DNA of 58,424 nt. Origin: Tubiluchus corallicola (taxonomy: Eukaryota > Animalia > Priapulida). Below are positions 38,894 to 52,702 of the stretch, in pieces. The stretch spans positions 1 to 58,424 of the forward strand of contig JAQGDQ010001159.1 in the NCBI GenBank assembly GCA_030141605.1. Reading direction: 5' to 3'. A program made the position numbers and the translations under genes. Position 1 is the stretch's first letter. Each line of letters begins with the position of its first letter. The notes beneath the pieces are model-generated. The model was not told where the DNA came from. It ran no database searches and saw only the letters and a list, made by a program, of their open reading frames with translations.

Positions 38894-39134
38894 GTGTATC
38901 ACACTTAACTCAGTTTATGTTGAAAACTTTCCATATCTATACGCTGTCACGTTTCTACCTTTCATGACACGGTACGTCAAGTACGTAACGACGGTGGAGA
39001 GAAAAAACCCCTGAGTGTTACGTCTAATGGAATCACTGAAAACTTGCTAATGGCAGGTCCCAACTCCCAGAACGAGTAAAAATCTTAATAGGTGATAAAT
39101 AATTTGAGAGCGATGCAACGCGTCTTACATGAAG

Positions 39135-39540
39135 AAGAGACATTTTGAAACCCAAATACGAAGACAATTTACTCGACGTTTCGCTCTATATTTATAGCTG
39201 TATTGACGACGGTAACTGTAAGAGCCATGTAACTGTAATGGGAGAATACACTTGCGAGGTTAAAAACTAGGCAGAACAGTTAGACATTTTGAAAGATAAA
39301 CACGAGGACAATTTACTCGACGTTTCGCTCTATATTTATAGCTGTATTGACGACGGTAACTGTAAGAGCCATGTAACTGTAATGGGAGAATGCACTTCCG
39401 AGGTTAAAACTAGGCAGGACAGTTAGACATTTTGAAAGATAAACACGAGGACAATTTACTCGACGTTTCGCTTATTAATGTTTATAGCTGTAATGGCGAC
39501 GGTAAATGTACGAGCCATGTAACTGTAATGGTAGAATGCA
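39135..39540. repeat. Tandem repeat, ~145-bp unit, about 2.8 copies
   Basis: Recurring gacaatttactcgacgtttcgct...gagccatgtaactgtaatgg. Confidence 0.92.
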
Positions 39541-39928
39541 CAGAAAACGCGTTGCACAGAAAATAGGGGCTGTATCTCTCAGTTCAGATGTGTTAGTTTG
39601 TTACGACAGCGCCAAATTTGAAATTTGAATTTTTATTTTAAAACTTGCCTGGTATTAGTACAACGCACTGAATGTCTTACAGTAACACTGTACTTCAATT
39701 TTCACTTTCACAAACACACGCAACACGCTCGTGAAATATTTTTGCCGTTGAAGATCTTGTTAGTTTGTGATGTTATCGATAGATGGGCTCGCCCGGCGTT
39801 AATTAAGTTTTTAATCGATTATTTAATTATCAGAAACGCTTTTGCAGTATTAATTGTGTTAAAATCTGCGCTTTTTATCGGATTTGAAAATGGGGTAGTA
39901 TATGAAAAATCATCCTGTCTTCCTTTAA
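39541..39928. mobile_element. TTAA MITE family B partial copy (further fragments at about 40630-41420)
   Basis: Ends catcctgtcttcctttaa. Confidence 0.8.
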
Positions 39929-40216
39929 GAGGAACGCTTTATAATGTATTCTTTGCTAACTGATGAAATATTCATGACGCTGAAACCATCACAAATTTTC
40001 TGCTTTTATAGTTTGTAAACCTTGTTGTAAAAGAAGTGAAGAGCTCTATAAGAGGAAATGGGAGAAAGATAAAGAAATAGAGGAAGCGACCATTAAATTC
40101 AGTGGTTCTGGGGACTAGAATGAATTCAACTTCTTCGGGAGGTTGGAGGTCGTGTGAATCAAACGTCTTTGTTCTTCTCTGATGATGATGATGATGATGA
40201 TGATGATAGCAGCAGC

Positions 40217-40265
<49 letters not shown>

Positions 40266-42019
40266 AAAATAATTATTATTTTTAATTAAAAACAACGTTA
40301 AAAAGTTAAAAGCTAAAATCATGGCAAACGTTTCAACAGAGCTACTGCTGTCATCATAGTAGTAATTTTACAAATGTACAGCCAGTTTATATAAGCAGAG
40401 CCTATTATGCACTAATTAAGTAGTTAACAGAAGCCAAACCGTAATGAATAAACAGACAAGTAAAGAAACAGCAACTTATGCACTAATTATGTATTTACAA
40501 AAGCAAATAGGTAATTAATAAGCCGACCAGTAAAGAAATTGATACAGTAACGTATGCACTAATTATGTACTTACAAAAGCCAAGTAAGTAATGATATTCA
40601 GGTCTGCTTAAACATGTAAAAGTATTATCCTACCTAGTTGTGAAAAAACGTGAAAAGTACACATTTTAACACCTATAATGATATCAAAGTTAAACACTCA
40701 ATTAACGACGAGCGAGGCCAACTATTGATGACATCACAATTTAACAAGTTTGTGAATTTATCAATAATTGGGCTCGCTTGCCGTTAGATAAGTTTTTAAT
40801 GTATAATTTAATTATCAGAAACGACTTGAAAATGGGGTAGTATATGAAAAATCATCCTGTCTTCCTTTGAATGAGTGATGTGGAAGATTTATTGCAACTG
40901 AATGCATTGTAGACAAACAGATACTGCGCCTCTCAGGTCATGTGTGTTCAGTTGTGACGTAGGGCACACGTCCGAGAGTTCGTGTGCGAGCACAGCAAAA
41001 AATTATCACATAGGTACCGAACATTACTCTTTAAAATATTGAAAGAAAACATACTGTTTTTTAAAAAATGACTTGCGTGAAAGAATTATTATCACATAAA
41101 CACAATTTCACCTTCGCGCTACTAGTTCTTCACTGCTACATGCATTTCGTCATTCTCTAGTTAGTCATTGCACAAAAAACAGGTGGCTTACCTCCCAGTT
41201 CAAATGTGTTAGTTTGTGACGAACTGCACACGTTCAGCAGCTCATGCGTCAGGAAAGTGGTAAGTTTGAAATTTGAATTTTATCTTAAAACTTGCCTAAT
41301 TTTAGTACAACACAGTGAGTACTAGCGCCTGCACCTCGGAAATGCGTAGTACAAAAACAGGTGCTGTACCCCTCTGCTCAGAGGTGTTTAGTTGTGACGT
41401 AGTACACGCGTTCGAAAATTCTTGCACAGCAGAAAAAAACAGTCACATTAGAACCCACATCAACAGAAATAGTGTAAAACCACCTCACTGAGACAACAGC
41501 CAGGCTTCATGCGAAAAATGCAATTCTCAAAGAAGCCGGCTATGCAATTGTATAACAACCTCAATTCACAATAGCACTTGCCGGCCGAACGAACACAACT
41601 TTCTCATACGAGATCGCCGATTTCCTGCCTGGCAATTTGTTCCTAAACCAATTTCTGTTTGTGCGAAGCGTACTCATCTAACATTCGACGTCAGATTTGA
41701 TAATTTCAAAGGGAATTGTCGAGTTATTCACTCGTGCAGCTCTTTTGACTGTATTCAGACTGAAACGTTAAGGGTTGATTTCGTAAAAGCGGATAATTCG
41801 GTTAAGGTAGATAGCAGGTGTAACAAAAGTGATTTATGAGGCAGTGAAATTTTGGGAAACTGGAGATTGTTGTAAACGAACATTAATTCAAATTTAGGGG
41901 AAAATTTATTGACGATCTTGTTCTCCGCCATTTTTGGACTGTAGTTAAAGTGGAGAGCAGAAAACGTGTTGCATTTTCTTAGAAGGTGTTTACAAATCCC
42001 ACACACACAATTCAAATAC

Positions 42020-42605
42020 CCTGACATTAACCCTAACCCAACCTTAACTCTAATCATAGCCCAACCCTAACCTTAACCTTAACCTTAACCCTAACCCAGC
42101 TTAACCTTAATCATAACCCAACCCTAACCTTTACCCTAATGCAACCCTAATGCAACCCTAACCTTAACCTTATCCCTAACCCAACCCAAACCTTACCACT
42201 AACCTTAACCCTAACCACACCCTAACCTAACACTAACACTAACCGTAACTTTAACCCTGACCCAACCCAAATGTAACCCTAACCCTAACCATAAATCCTA
42301 AACGTAACCCTAACCCAAACACTGACTCTAATCAAACCCTAACCCTAAAAATAAATCCTAAACATAACCCTAACCCTAACCATAAGTCCTATACTTAACC
42401 CTAACCCAAACACTGACTCTAATCAAACCCTAACCCTAACCATAATCTAACTCTAACCCTAACCCTAAAACCTAAACCGAATCCTAACTTTAATGCCAAC
42501 CCTAACCCTAACCCAACCCTAACCTTAACCCTAGTCCAACCCTAACCCTAACTCTAACCCAACCCTAGCCGTAACCCTAACCCAAGCCCTATTCCTAATG
42601 CTAAT
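42020..42605 (-). repeat. Degenerate interstitial telomere-like (TTAGGG)n array
   Basis: (TAACCC)n with TAACCT/CAACCC variants. Confidence 0.9.
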
Positions 42606-44122
42606 CCGCTTCACGCACCAATTTCTTGCGTGTGGGGAATTGTCAACTTTAGCCTTTTCCTTTTATCTTGCCCTTTGCAACGGCTAGTGTCCTTGAGAAA
42701 GGTTAAGATGAACACTTCAACACGCCCATGAAAGAAGGAAAATATCGTTCTTTTACAATCGCTGCTTGGAAAATGCAGTTTTGCAGGCCAATTCCCAAGT
42801 TTCTTAGAGAGAAACAAGATGATTTTTAATAATTTCCCATGTTTGTTAAATTGAAACACTGTTTTTTTCATATCCTATCTCATTTTGAAGTATGATAAAA
42901 AGTATACATTTTAACACCTAATATTAAAGTAGTGATTCTTATTATTTATTATTAAAAATAATAAGACTTAATTAATAGCCGAGAAGTACAACTGGTGATG
43001 ACACCGCAAATAAACATAATTTTTAACAGCACAAACATTTTATGAGCGCGTTGAATCTGTTTCCGAAACTAAAAATGGGAGGACAGTACTGTGCATTCTG
43101 TGTCATATACAAAAACCCCCAAACTTCAAATTTAAGTTTAAAATGCAAATTTCAATTTTTTTTGCACAACTGAACATATCTAAGCTGGAGTTATAAATAT
43201 CTGCTTGTGTGCAATGCATTCTGTTGTAATAAATCTTCCACAGTAGTCATTTATGAACTATGTTGTTTTTCAATATTTTGTGCTGTAAATAGAAACATGG
43301 TTTAACGTTAGGTCTGGTTTTCTTCTGAAGAAAAGAAGCCACAGTTTGACTGAGTTACATAGTAAATTAAGGCTGATGACATCTTGATCACGAATCTTCC
43401 CCTTTGTCTTTCTCTCACAAGCGACAAAATGAACACGATTCATTTTTCAATGATTTTATATTTCTGCAAAGCCCTTGTGGGCAATGGGCAGTACCATGTG
43501 CAATTTATTTTAATTCTGATTTTAAGTGCAATCATACCTTAGATTTGTCAAAGTCGTTCCAAGGTCATGTCCAATCTTCTAAAGCGTTAATTGTTGAAAG
43601 TCTTACCAGCGTTTTTGTTAAAATAAAAGATACAGTTATAATAAGTTAAAAAGCCTTTTCACAGTTTCGTTGTGCGCACGCGCATTTGCTGTAGGTCAAA
43701 GGGTAAATGTACTACAGCAACACGTTTTAACTACAACCGTCACGTAGCATGTGGGTAAAGCAAAGCCGTATGCGCATCAGAGAAACTTCTGTTGTTTTAC
43801 ATGAGCTTAACTTAATTATGTATTGACCTGTGCGTAGAGTGAGTTACTAGCAGGATTTTGCTTGAGAACAAGAAAAAATAAACTAGGTAAGGCTTAGCTA
43901 GCTGTTACAACTGTTACTATTACAATATCTGGGGCTGCGAGGCGAAGTGGACACAAATGCGTTACCTGGTACACTTAACCTTTGACTTCACAATCATCAT
44001 CAGTCACTGGAACTATGAAAAAGCTTATTCTCCAGTTTTCTGGAAATGACTAGTAAGTTCAGCTAGTTTTGAGAAAAACTGTTTTCTCTTGCCAAGAAGA
44101 ATGGTTTAATGGACATTACCTA

Positions 44123-44587
44123 GAAGGAAAGAACAAGTCACTCAGTATGTTGGGTTTATTTTACAGTTTTCACTTAAACTGTTTGTGGTGTGCTAAAGCA
44201 AAGAACAAGTCACTCCGTATGTGGGGTTTATTTTACTGTTATCACTTAAACGTAGAAAAATATAACAAAGAAATTTGCAAAGAACTGTCTATAAAGCAAT
44301 GTTCACGCAAAAATATTACAAAATTAGTTATCTAATCTTTCTGTAAAAACTTATTATACTTTTGACGAAGATTGGCAGTGCGCTACTTTCTTCAAGACGA
44401 ATGACGTCATTGGAAGAAGAATGGGCCTTGAAAACAGGAGCGTCCAAGCATGAAGTGATCACAACTTTAAAGTGATTTTACTAATTACACGAGGCACTTA
44501 TTGCAGTTTTTTTACTAAATCCTTCTTACATTTTTCGCGGGTACTGAAATAAGCCTAGCCTCCTAGAAGGCTTGATTTTTCCTTTAA
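44123..44587 (+). mobile_element. TTAA MITE family C (other pieces at about 22950-23172, 51013-51125 and 51560-52075)
   Basis: aaggaaagaacaagtcactcag ... gatttttcctttaa; shared internal sequence tttcttcaagacgaatgacgtcat. Confidence 0.75.
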
Positions 44588-44669
44588 TTGCCAGCGACGG
44601 CAGCTAATTTAATATTCAATATTCAATAATATTTAATATAATTTAATCTTCAATGTTCTATCGTAGCTA

Positions 44670-44862
44670 CAAGGCCGTAGTCGGCGGTCCGGCCGGTCCA
44701 CTTTTTCTGCCATACGTGCCTAGACATCTTCCCTTCATTATTTATATGATAACTCTGTATTATAAATTATAATATACTCTTCTATATGTTGCTGCTGCAT
44801 TCTTTTTCTACCTGTTCCGTATCTGTGGCCGGACCACTTTTCAAAAGCCGACTACGGCCCTG
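44670..44862. mobile_element. Small hAT-like MITE
   Basis: 16-bp TIR caaggccgtagtcggc / gccgactacggccctg (1 mismatch); no TSD recognisable. Confidence 0.6.
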
Positions 44863-45511
44863 AGCATAACATTAATAATACTGAGAGGTTAACAGCCTGA
44901 AGGATCTTGAAAAAAAATCATCTGCATTTTCTCCTTGAAAACTATTAAATTGCATCTCTAAGCGATTTGGCTGAAGCTTATCATTAAACTGAATTACACT
45001 GATGAGATGCAAGCTGAAGGGAAGTGCCTTGCTGCGTATTTGCATTTTAAATCGCTTCATTAAAACAATAACGATTACTAGGGCTTTACTAGGATTTTAT
45101 CTGGCTGGTTTAGTATGATTATCGTAGGAAAAATCTAACTTTTTTATTTCTTTACGTTATCGCTGATATTATATTTATCGCTGACAATGATATTGATCAA
45201 TAATAGTGGTGATGGCGACAGCGGTGGCGGAGCAACTTTATCACGCTCTTCTCCAACTAAGCAAAAGTTTAAATGACTTTATATTATCATTAAAATCAAC
45301 AAGGTGTTCTTTGGTGAATCAGTGGTGCACACTGGGAAGGCGATGCAGTGTTGTTCTACCTGGTGGCGGGAAAAGACATTCAGTGAGAAAATTTACTGAG
45401 AATAATCTTTTCTAGTTTCATAAATCTTACAAACAGGTAACGGTAATGTAACTAACATAATTTTGTGTGGAAAATATTTGGGAATGTACTGAAATTTCCC
45501 TATTTTTTCCT

Positions 45512-46109
45512 TTAAAAAGACAGGGTGATATTTCATATACTACCCCATTTTCAAGCCCAATAAAAAGTATACATTTTAACACAATTAATACTGCAAAAGC
45601 GTTTCTGAGAATTAAATATTAGATTAAAAACGTGATTAACGGCGGGCGAGCCCAACTATTGATGACATCACAAACTAACATAATTTTCAACACCAAAACA
45701 TTCCAGGAGTGTTTACGAAAGGGAAAATTGAAGTACAATTCAGTATGCTGTACTAAAACTAGGCAAGTTTTAAGATAAAAATTTAAATTTCAAATTGACC
45801 GCCATGCTCGCACATAAGCTGTTGAATGTGTGCAGTACGTCATAAACGAAGGTATCTGAACTAAGAGGTGCAGCACCTGTTTTTGTACAGTGCTTTTTTT
45901 GAAATGCAGGCGCTAGTGCCCGTCTAAGTAGTAAATGGCGAAATGCATGTAGCAGTGAAGAGCTAGTGGCGCGAACGTGAAATTATGTTTGTAAGGTAAT
46001 AATTCTTTCACGTAAGTCATTTTTTAAAAAATAGCATGTTTCCTTTCAATATTTTAAATAGTGGGTTGTTTTGACCTGCAGTTTAAGATTGGGTCCGGGT
46101 TTGCTTTAA
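45512..46109. mobile_element. TTAA MITE family B, full length
   Basis: ttaaaaagacagggtg ... gattgggtccgggtttgctttaa. Confidence 0.85.
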
Positions 46110-46605
46110 GATTGGTTCTGGCTTTGCTTTAAGATTGGTTCTGGTTTTGCTTTAAGATTGGTTCTAGTTTTCTTCAAAAATTGGTTCTGGTTTTGCTTTA
46201 AGATTGGTTCCGGTTTTGCTTTAAGATTGGTTCTGGTTTTGCTTTAAGATTGGTTCTAGTTTTCTTCAAAAATTGGTTCTGGTTTTGCTTTAAGATTGGT
46301 TGTGGTTTTGCTTTAAGATTGGTTCTGGTTTTGCTTTAAGATTGGTTCTAGTTTTCTTCAAAAATTGGTTCTGGTTTTGCTTTAAGATTGGTTGTGGTTT
46401 TGCTTTAAGATTGGTTCTGGTTTTGCTTTAAGGTTGGCTCTAATTTTGCTTTAAGGTTGGTTCTGGTTTTGCTTTAAGATTGGTTCTGGTTTTGCTTTAA
46501 GATTGGTTCTAGTTTTCTTCAAAAATTGGTTCTGGTTTTGCTTTAAGATTGGTTGTGGTTTTGCTTTAAGATTGGTTGTGGTTTTGCTTTAAGATTGGTT
46601 CCGGT
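46087..46605. repeat. Minisatellite, 23-bp unit, about 22 copies, derived from the family B terminus
   Basis: Unit gattggttctggttttgctttaa. Confidence 0.95.
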
Positions 46606-46989
46606 TGTGCGTTAACACTTTCTCTTTCACACGACTTGCTATTGCACCTCTGATTAGTTCACATCAACATGCAAGGTTCAGTGTGTTGAGTTAACAAAGT
46701 GAAGTAAAGCTCCGACGAAGCACGTCAAATTACTGAAGACCTGCACAGATTACACGCGCGCATGTTTATGAGAAGAAAATTAATTTACGGTGCCCAATTA
46801 TATCATTGATTTTCTAGTATTGATTTGCGTTACGGTAGAGCACGCGTGGCAAAGGACCCAAGCCGATATGAGTGCAGGACTAAAGTTTTTCTTGAGATTT
46901 AAAGGAAAACAGAATGATTTTTCAGATCACTTTGAAGTACATATAATGTATTATTATTTTATAAATTGTTCAATAAAATGTTTGTCGTC

Positions 46990-47342
46990 ATCGCCGTACT
47001 AAAACTAGACGAGTTTTAAGATAAAAATTCAAATTTCAAATTTACCACTGTGCTAACGCATCAGCTGTCGAACGTGTGCAGAAACTAACACATTTGAATT
47101 GAGAGGTACAGCACTTGTTTTTGTGCAATGCGTTTCCGAAATGCAGGTGCTTGTGCCCGTCTAACTAGCGAATGGCGAAATGCATGGAACAGTGAAAACC
47201 TAGTGGTACTAGTTTGTGTTTGTGTGATAATAATTCTTTCACGTAAGTCATTTTTGAAAAAATAATATGTTTCTTTTCAATATTTTAAAAGGTCTATTGT
47301 TTTGATCTACAGTTTAAGATTGGCGACGGTTTTTGCTCTAAG
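46990..47342. mobile_element. TTAA MITE family B partial copy
   Basis: Colinear with 45750-46109. Confidence 0.8.
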
Positions 47343-48816
47343 GAAACTTGTGCATCTTAACACAGCTAGTGGTGGTTGTAAGTTTGCTGTTGTTCATTTA
47401 CTACAACAAACCTATTCAAACTAGTTCAATTTTGCAAAGTCTGTCGCCTTCGTCCTTTCCTTGGGTTTACCGTAATCAATAAACGCTTGGATTTCTCAAT
47501 CAACACTAAAAAAATCTTTTTTGTTACGAACTTTCTTGTCCCAAACTAATTGATCCATTAACAAAACGTTTCATTGTATCCGGCACTCTGCAAGCAACTC
47601 GCAATAATTAACGCTAACTGATCATTAAGAGGCTCATTAAAGTGGCTCAGCACATGTTCTAGACGCTCTCCGTACAGTAACTTGTGGGTGTGGGTGGGTG
47701 TGTGGGGGGAGTGCGTGGGTGGTTGGGTTCCGCGTGCGTGCGTGTATATATATATATATATTTCCTGTATGAATGACTTACGTAATTGAAAAAGAAGTTT
47801 CTCAGTAATTTCAAATTTTCGCGCTAATTGGTAAAATTTTACTGACTCACCTCCCAGTGTGGTTCACAAAACACTGATTCACAAAAATACATTATTTATC
47901 TTACTGATTATGTTATGTAATTTAAACTTTTGCTTAATAATTGAAGTGCGCTATACAGTATGCATACACGCACACGCGCGCACGCACTCACGCGCACACG
48001 CACACGCACACGCACACGCATACACACACACACACACACACACACACGTGCCTGCAATGCAACTGCAATATAACCAAATTCAATATGCAATATCTTTAAT
48101 GCAGCTACTCTTTCCCTAATACAATTTACTGAATTCGGAACACTATGGCGTGGTAATTAATTTTTCTGCAGGGATGCATTGTCGAGTAATTTGCTAGGAA
48201 TTAAGCGGATAATCCACGAATCTCATTGCATTCTCTCACTGCCTGTAATTAATCAGCTTGAGTAGGTCACGTGACCCGCACCGATCGAATATGTTCATGT
48301 CATTATTATTAGAGGCGAGTCATGTCTTTTATTGCTGGCAAGGAGACAGAAGAGGAAACATGCCTGCTCATTTGTGACTCAATCGACTGCATACCTGATG
48401 TCAGTTTTACTTATGAAGCTCTATCTCAGAAACCTTTGGGTTGACCTAAGGTCTTGTGGCAAGACCGGCAATTAAAGGACAATAAATTCTTTTGCTAAGA
48501 AAGACGAAGAAATTTGTTTTGAAATTATGCATCACTTATGTATACAGACATGAGCCTCGATGAGCCAATTGCTATAGCCTGGGAGTTTATGAATAACCTG
48601 TCAAGTAAATCCTCGAATTTTAGAGCATTCAGTCCATGTTTTGATCATTGTTCAAGAAGTAGCCTAGAATGCATTACAAGAGATGGTCAGACTGAGACTA
48701 GATTCACCTCTTACCTAATGTTAAATCCCTCCACAGAACAACATGAAATTTATAAATGTACTATTTCTCCTGCCCTTAGAATTAACTTTATAGCCATTTT
48801 GCTCTGTCTTCTCGCA

Positions 48817-49108
48817 GACCCCCTGTCCACACGATCCAAGACTGTGTCCCTGCAGTAACGCAGGATGATGGCATAGACCCCTTGTCCCACGCGACCTAAG
48901 GCTGTGTCCCTGCAGTAACGCAGGACGATGGCATGGACCCCTGTCCCACATGACCTTTGGTGGGTGGTGGTTTTGTTGTGTGTTGTGTGGGCGATGGCAT
49001 AGACCCCTTGTCCCACGCGACCTAAGCTGTGTCCCTGCAGTAACGCAGGACGATGGCAGAGACCCCTTGTCCCAGATGACTTAAGGCTGTGTCCCTGCAG
49101 TAACGCAG
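48817..49108. repeat. GC-rich tandem repeat, ~60-bp unit, 4-5 copies
   Basis: Recurring gaccccttgtccca...ctgtgtccctgcagtaacgcaggacgatggca. Confidence 0.92.
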
Positions 49109-49504
49109 TGCAAGATGAAGAGCACATCGTTACTGTTTGTGAATTAACAAAACCCGTGAGAGAAAAATACAATCTAAATTTAAGTAATGTTTTGGAGTTT
49201 CGTAATATCAACCCTTTAACCTGCGTAAAATTTTTAAGCGATATTCCTAATTTATTTATGTAAGTGACACTTAAGTTAACTAAAATTTTATCACTAAATT
49301 GTTATCTGGTTATTGATAGGTTTTTGGATGTTATTATGTTAAATTTTTTTACTGCCATTGCTGTGTATTTTGCGCTAGACTTTAGCAAAATTTGTAGACT
49401 AATATTTGTGTCGTTTGTAACATTGCGCGTTACACGTATCGGTATTGTAAATGTACATGTAATTTTGTTGGTCGTAATGACAATAAAAATACCACTACTA
49501 CAAC

Positions 49505-49967
49505 TACTATACTGTCATATTGCATACAGGGCTTGTATTAGCAGTTACGTTATACAAAACTTGAACATTTAAACCAACTCCAGCGATGACTGTTAGGTGC
49601 AGCCAATTTAACAGTAATTCGTTTGACACAAGTTCCGATAACATTGCGCAAAGTTTGAAAAGATAATCAGAGCAGTCATACTTTACTATTAACTAAACAA
49701 AAGTTACTATTAAATAAGCAAAGTTAACTGAGCGTAAATTACTTTATCTTGTCAATAAGATTAATAATATGCTTTTTGGAGAATCAGCAATGCACACTGG
49801 GATGGCGATGCAGTGACATTTTACCAGGTGGCACAAACAGTTTGAATTACCAAGCATTTTTTCCAATTACGCAAGCCACGTGACCACGTAGCCACAATAC
49901 AAACCAATCGAACTTTGTATAGCAAAGTTTATGGGGTGAACTTTAAAATTCAACTTCCTTCCTTTAA
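49505..49967 (+). mobile_element. Short-variant family A MITE, diverged
   Basis: Family A internal sequence ending cttccttcctttaa. Confidence 0.65.
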
Positions 49968-50238
49968 AAATCGTTGAAAAGGCGAATCGTAAAATTACGA
50001 GACTGTTTTGAAGGAATGCACTGAGGAAGAGAGCTAATATGATGCCATGATGCTCTGCTGCATCTCTGGCAGATTTCTCATTCTATACAGACCTAAATGA
50101 ATATTGTGCCTTGTTCGGCTTCCTTTAGTCCAAGTCAATTGGATGTTGGATTAAGCCAAGCGAGCAGCGTGCATGCTTGATTATCGGATCATTTTAGTCG
50201 AAATTATTAACTCTTTGTATACGCACCGGTAAAGCCAG

Positions 50239-51045
50239 GGATTTGTGTCATTTGACTGCATTCATATATGAGACTGAAACTTGTAGGACTGACTCTGTAG
50301 ACTAGTAGAAATACTGAGATCAGTTATGCTGTGTTACAAACCCAGTTAAAGGAAAGAACAACTCACTCAGTACGTTGGATTTGTGTCATTTGACTGCATT
50401 CATATATGAGACTGAAACTTGTAGGACTGATTCTGTAGACAGAGAAATACTGAGATCAGTTATGCTGTTACAGGTCCAGTTAAAGGAAAGAACAACTCAC
50501 TCAGTGCGTTGGATTTGTGTCATTTGACTGCATTCATATATGAGACTGAAACTTGTAGGACTGATTCTGTAGACAAGCAGAAATACTGAGATCATTTGTG
50601 TTGGTGTTGGGCAACTCACTCAGTACGTTGGATTTGTGTCATTTGACTGCATTCATATATGAGACTGAAACTTGTAGGACTGACTCTGTAGACTAGTAGA
50701 AATACTGAGATCAGTTATGCTGTGTTACAAACCCAGTTAAAGGAAAGAACAACTCACTCAGTACGTTGGATTTGTGTCATTTGACTGCATTCATATATGA
50801 GACTGAAACTTGTAGGACTGATTCTGTAGACTAGTAGAAATACTGAGATCAGTTATGCTGTGTTACAAACCCAGTTAAAGGAAAAAACAACTCACTCAGT
50901 ACGTTGGATTTGTGTCATTTGACTGCATTCATATATGGGACTGAAACGTGTAGGACTGATTTTGTAGACAAGTAGAAATACTGAGATCAGTTATGCTGTG
51001 TGACAAACCCAGTTAAAGGAAAGAACAACTCACTCAGTACGTTGG
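50239..51045. repeat. Tandem repeat, ~138-bp unit, about 6 copies, spanning the family C terminus and its flank
   Basis: Units start at 50239, 50377, 50511, 50630, 50768 and 50906; most contain ttaaaggaaagaacaactcactcag. Confidence 0.95.
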
Positions 51046-52702
51046 GTTTGTTTTACTGTTATAACTTAAACTCAGAAAAATATAACAAAGAGATTTGAAA
51101 AGAACTCTCTTCAAAGCATAACTTTAACACAATTTATCTTTAAATTTTGCATCACTTACATACTGTTTTACTGCATACAGAACTTGCTTTAGCAGTAACG
51201 CGTTATGAAACTGGTAAATTTAAACTCCGCGACCGTCAACCATTTAACCGGTAACGGTATGTTTAAATAACAATGCGTCAAGTTTTGAAAAAATAGGACT
51301 CTCATGGCTAACTAAACAAAATTCTAATTTACCTTATGTTGTCAATAAGAACAACAATATGATTCTTGGTGAGTCAGTGGTGCACAATGGGAAGGTGAGT
51401 TAGTGACGTTTTGCCAGGTGGCTCCAACATTTAAAATTCCTAAGAATTTCCTTTCCCAATTACAAAGGTCTTTCAAACAGGTAAGCGTAATGCTAAGTAG
51501 CCGTACGCATGCGTCTGTAATTCGAAGAGGTTAGTAATGAGTTCGAATATTGGAAGTACTGATGTTATCACTTAAACTTAGAAAAATATAAGTAAGAAAT
51601 TTGCAAAAAAACAGTCTATAAAGCATAAATTTAATATATGCTACCTCTGAATGGAAATTTTCAGAGGCGTGGTTGTTGCTCTCACTCACTTGAAAGTCGT
51701 GACGTAATTGACAGACTTCGTGACTTTTCGTAAGCGCGTCGTGACTTTCCGTAAGCGCGCGCTGCTTAAAATAATTAAATCTTCAGCAATTCACCGAATG
51801 TTCACGCAAAAATATTACAAACTTAGCCATCTAATTATTTTGTGAAAACTAGTTATATTTTTAATGAAGATTGACAGTGCGTTAATTTTCTTCAAGACGA
51901 ATGACGTCATCTGAAGAAGAATGGACATTGAAAATGGAAGCGCCCAAGCATGAAGTGATCGCAAATTTAAAGTGATTTTACTAACTACACGAGGCGCTTA
52001 TCGCAGTTTTACTTATTAAATCTATGTAACATTTTTCATGAACATTGAAGTAAGCCTAACTTTCTAGAAAGATTGTCTTAAAATGGCTGCGCCTAACGGT
52101 CACTGCGGGAGTTGAAATTTGCAGGTTCTATACAGCGTTACTGCCAATTGAAGTTCTGTGCGCAATAAGACAGCATGTAGGTGGTAAAAAATTTCAAGAC
52201 GATTTTCTTAGCTTTATGTAAGTAAAGCGTTGTCTTGTCCTTTAAACTTCGGAAACGTTCGTCGAAAAGACTACGTGAGATGCGCAATAAGACAGCATAT
52301 AAGCGGTACAAAATTTCAAGACGATTTTCTTACTTTTATGTAAGTAATGTGTTGTCTTCTCCTTTAAACTTCGGAAACGCTCGTCGAAAAGAATACGTGA
52401 GATGTTTAAATTCAATACTTTATCACCTGCGTGCTGCTGGTTTTTCTGATGCTTCAGGTTTTTCGATGCAGTCACGCTAGATTGACTATGCTTAATGCAT
52501 GAGTCAACTTTCAATGTTTGACTCGCTTGTATGACTTTATTGTATGTGCAAGCTCTCTGCATTAAACAAACCGTACACAATCACGATTTTTAGAAAATGT
52601 TATCCACTTCAAGAAATTTGCTTTCAACTACGATACGCTGCAGTTTATTGTAGGTTTTGAATCGACGTCATAACAAAAATTGTTAATATCAAGCTTATAA
52701 TG

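Noticed and set aside
39160-39510. Hammerhead-like half motif (gcgaaacgtcgagtaaa on the minus strand) in the 145-bp tandem repeat
   Set aside because: GAAAC-GUC and a possible stem are present, but there is no CUGANGA core; at most a decayed relic.
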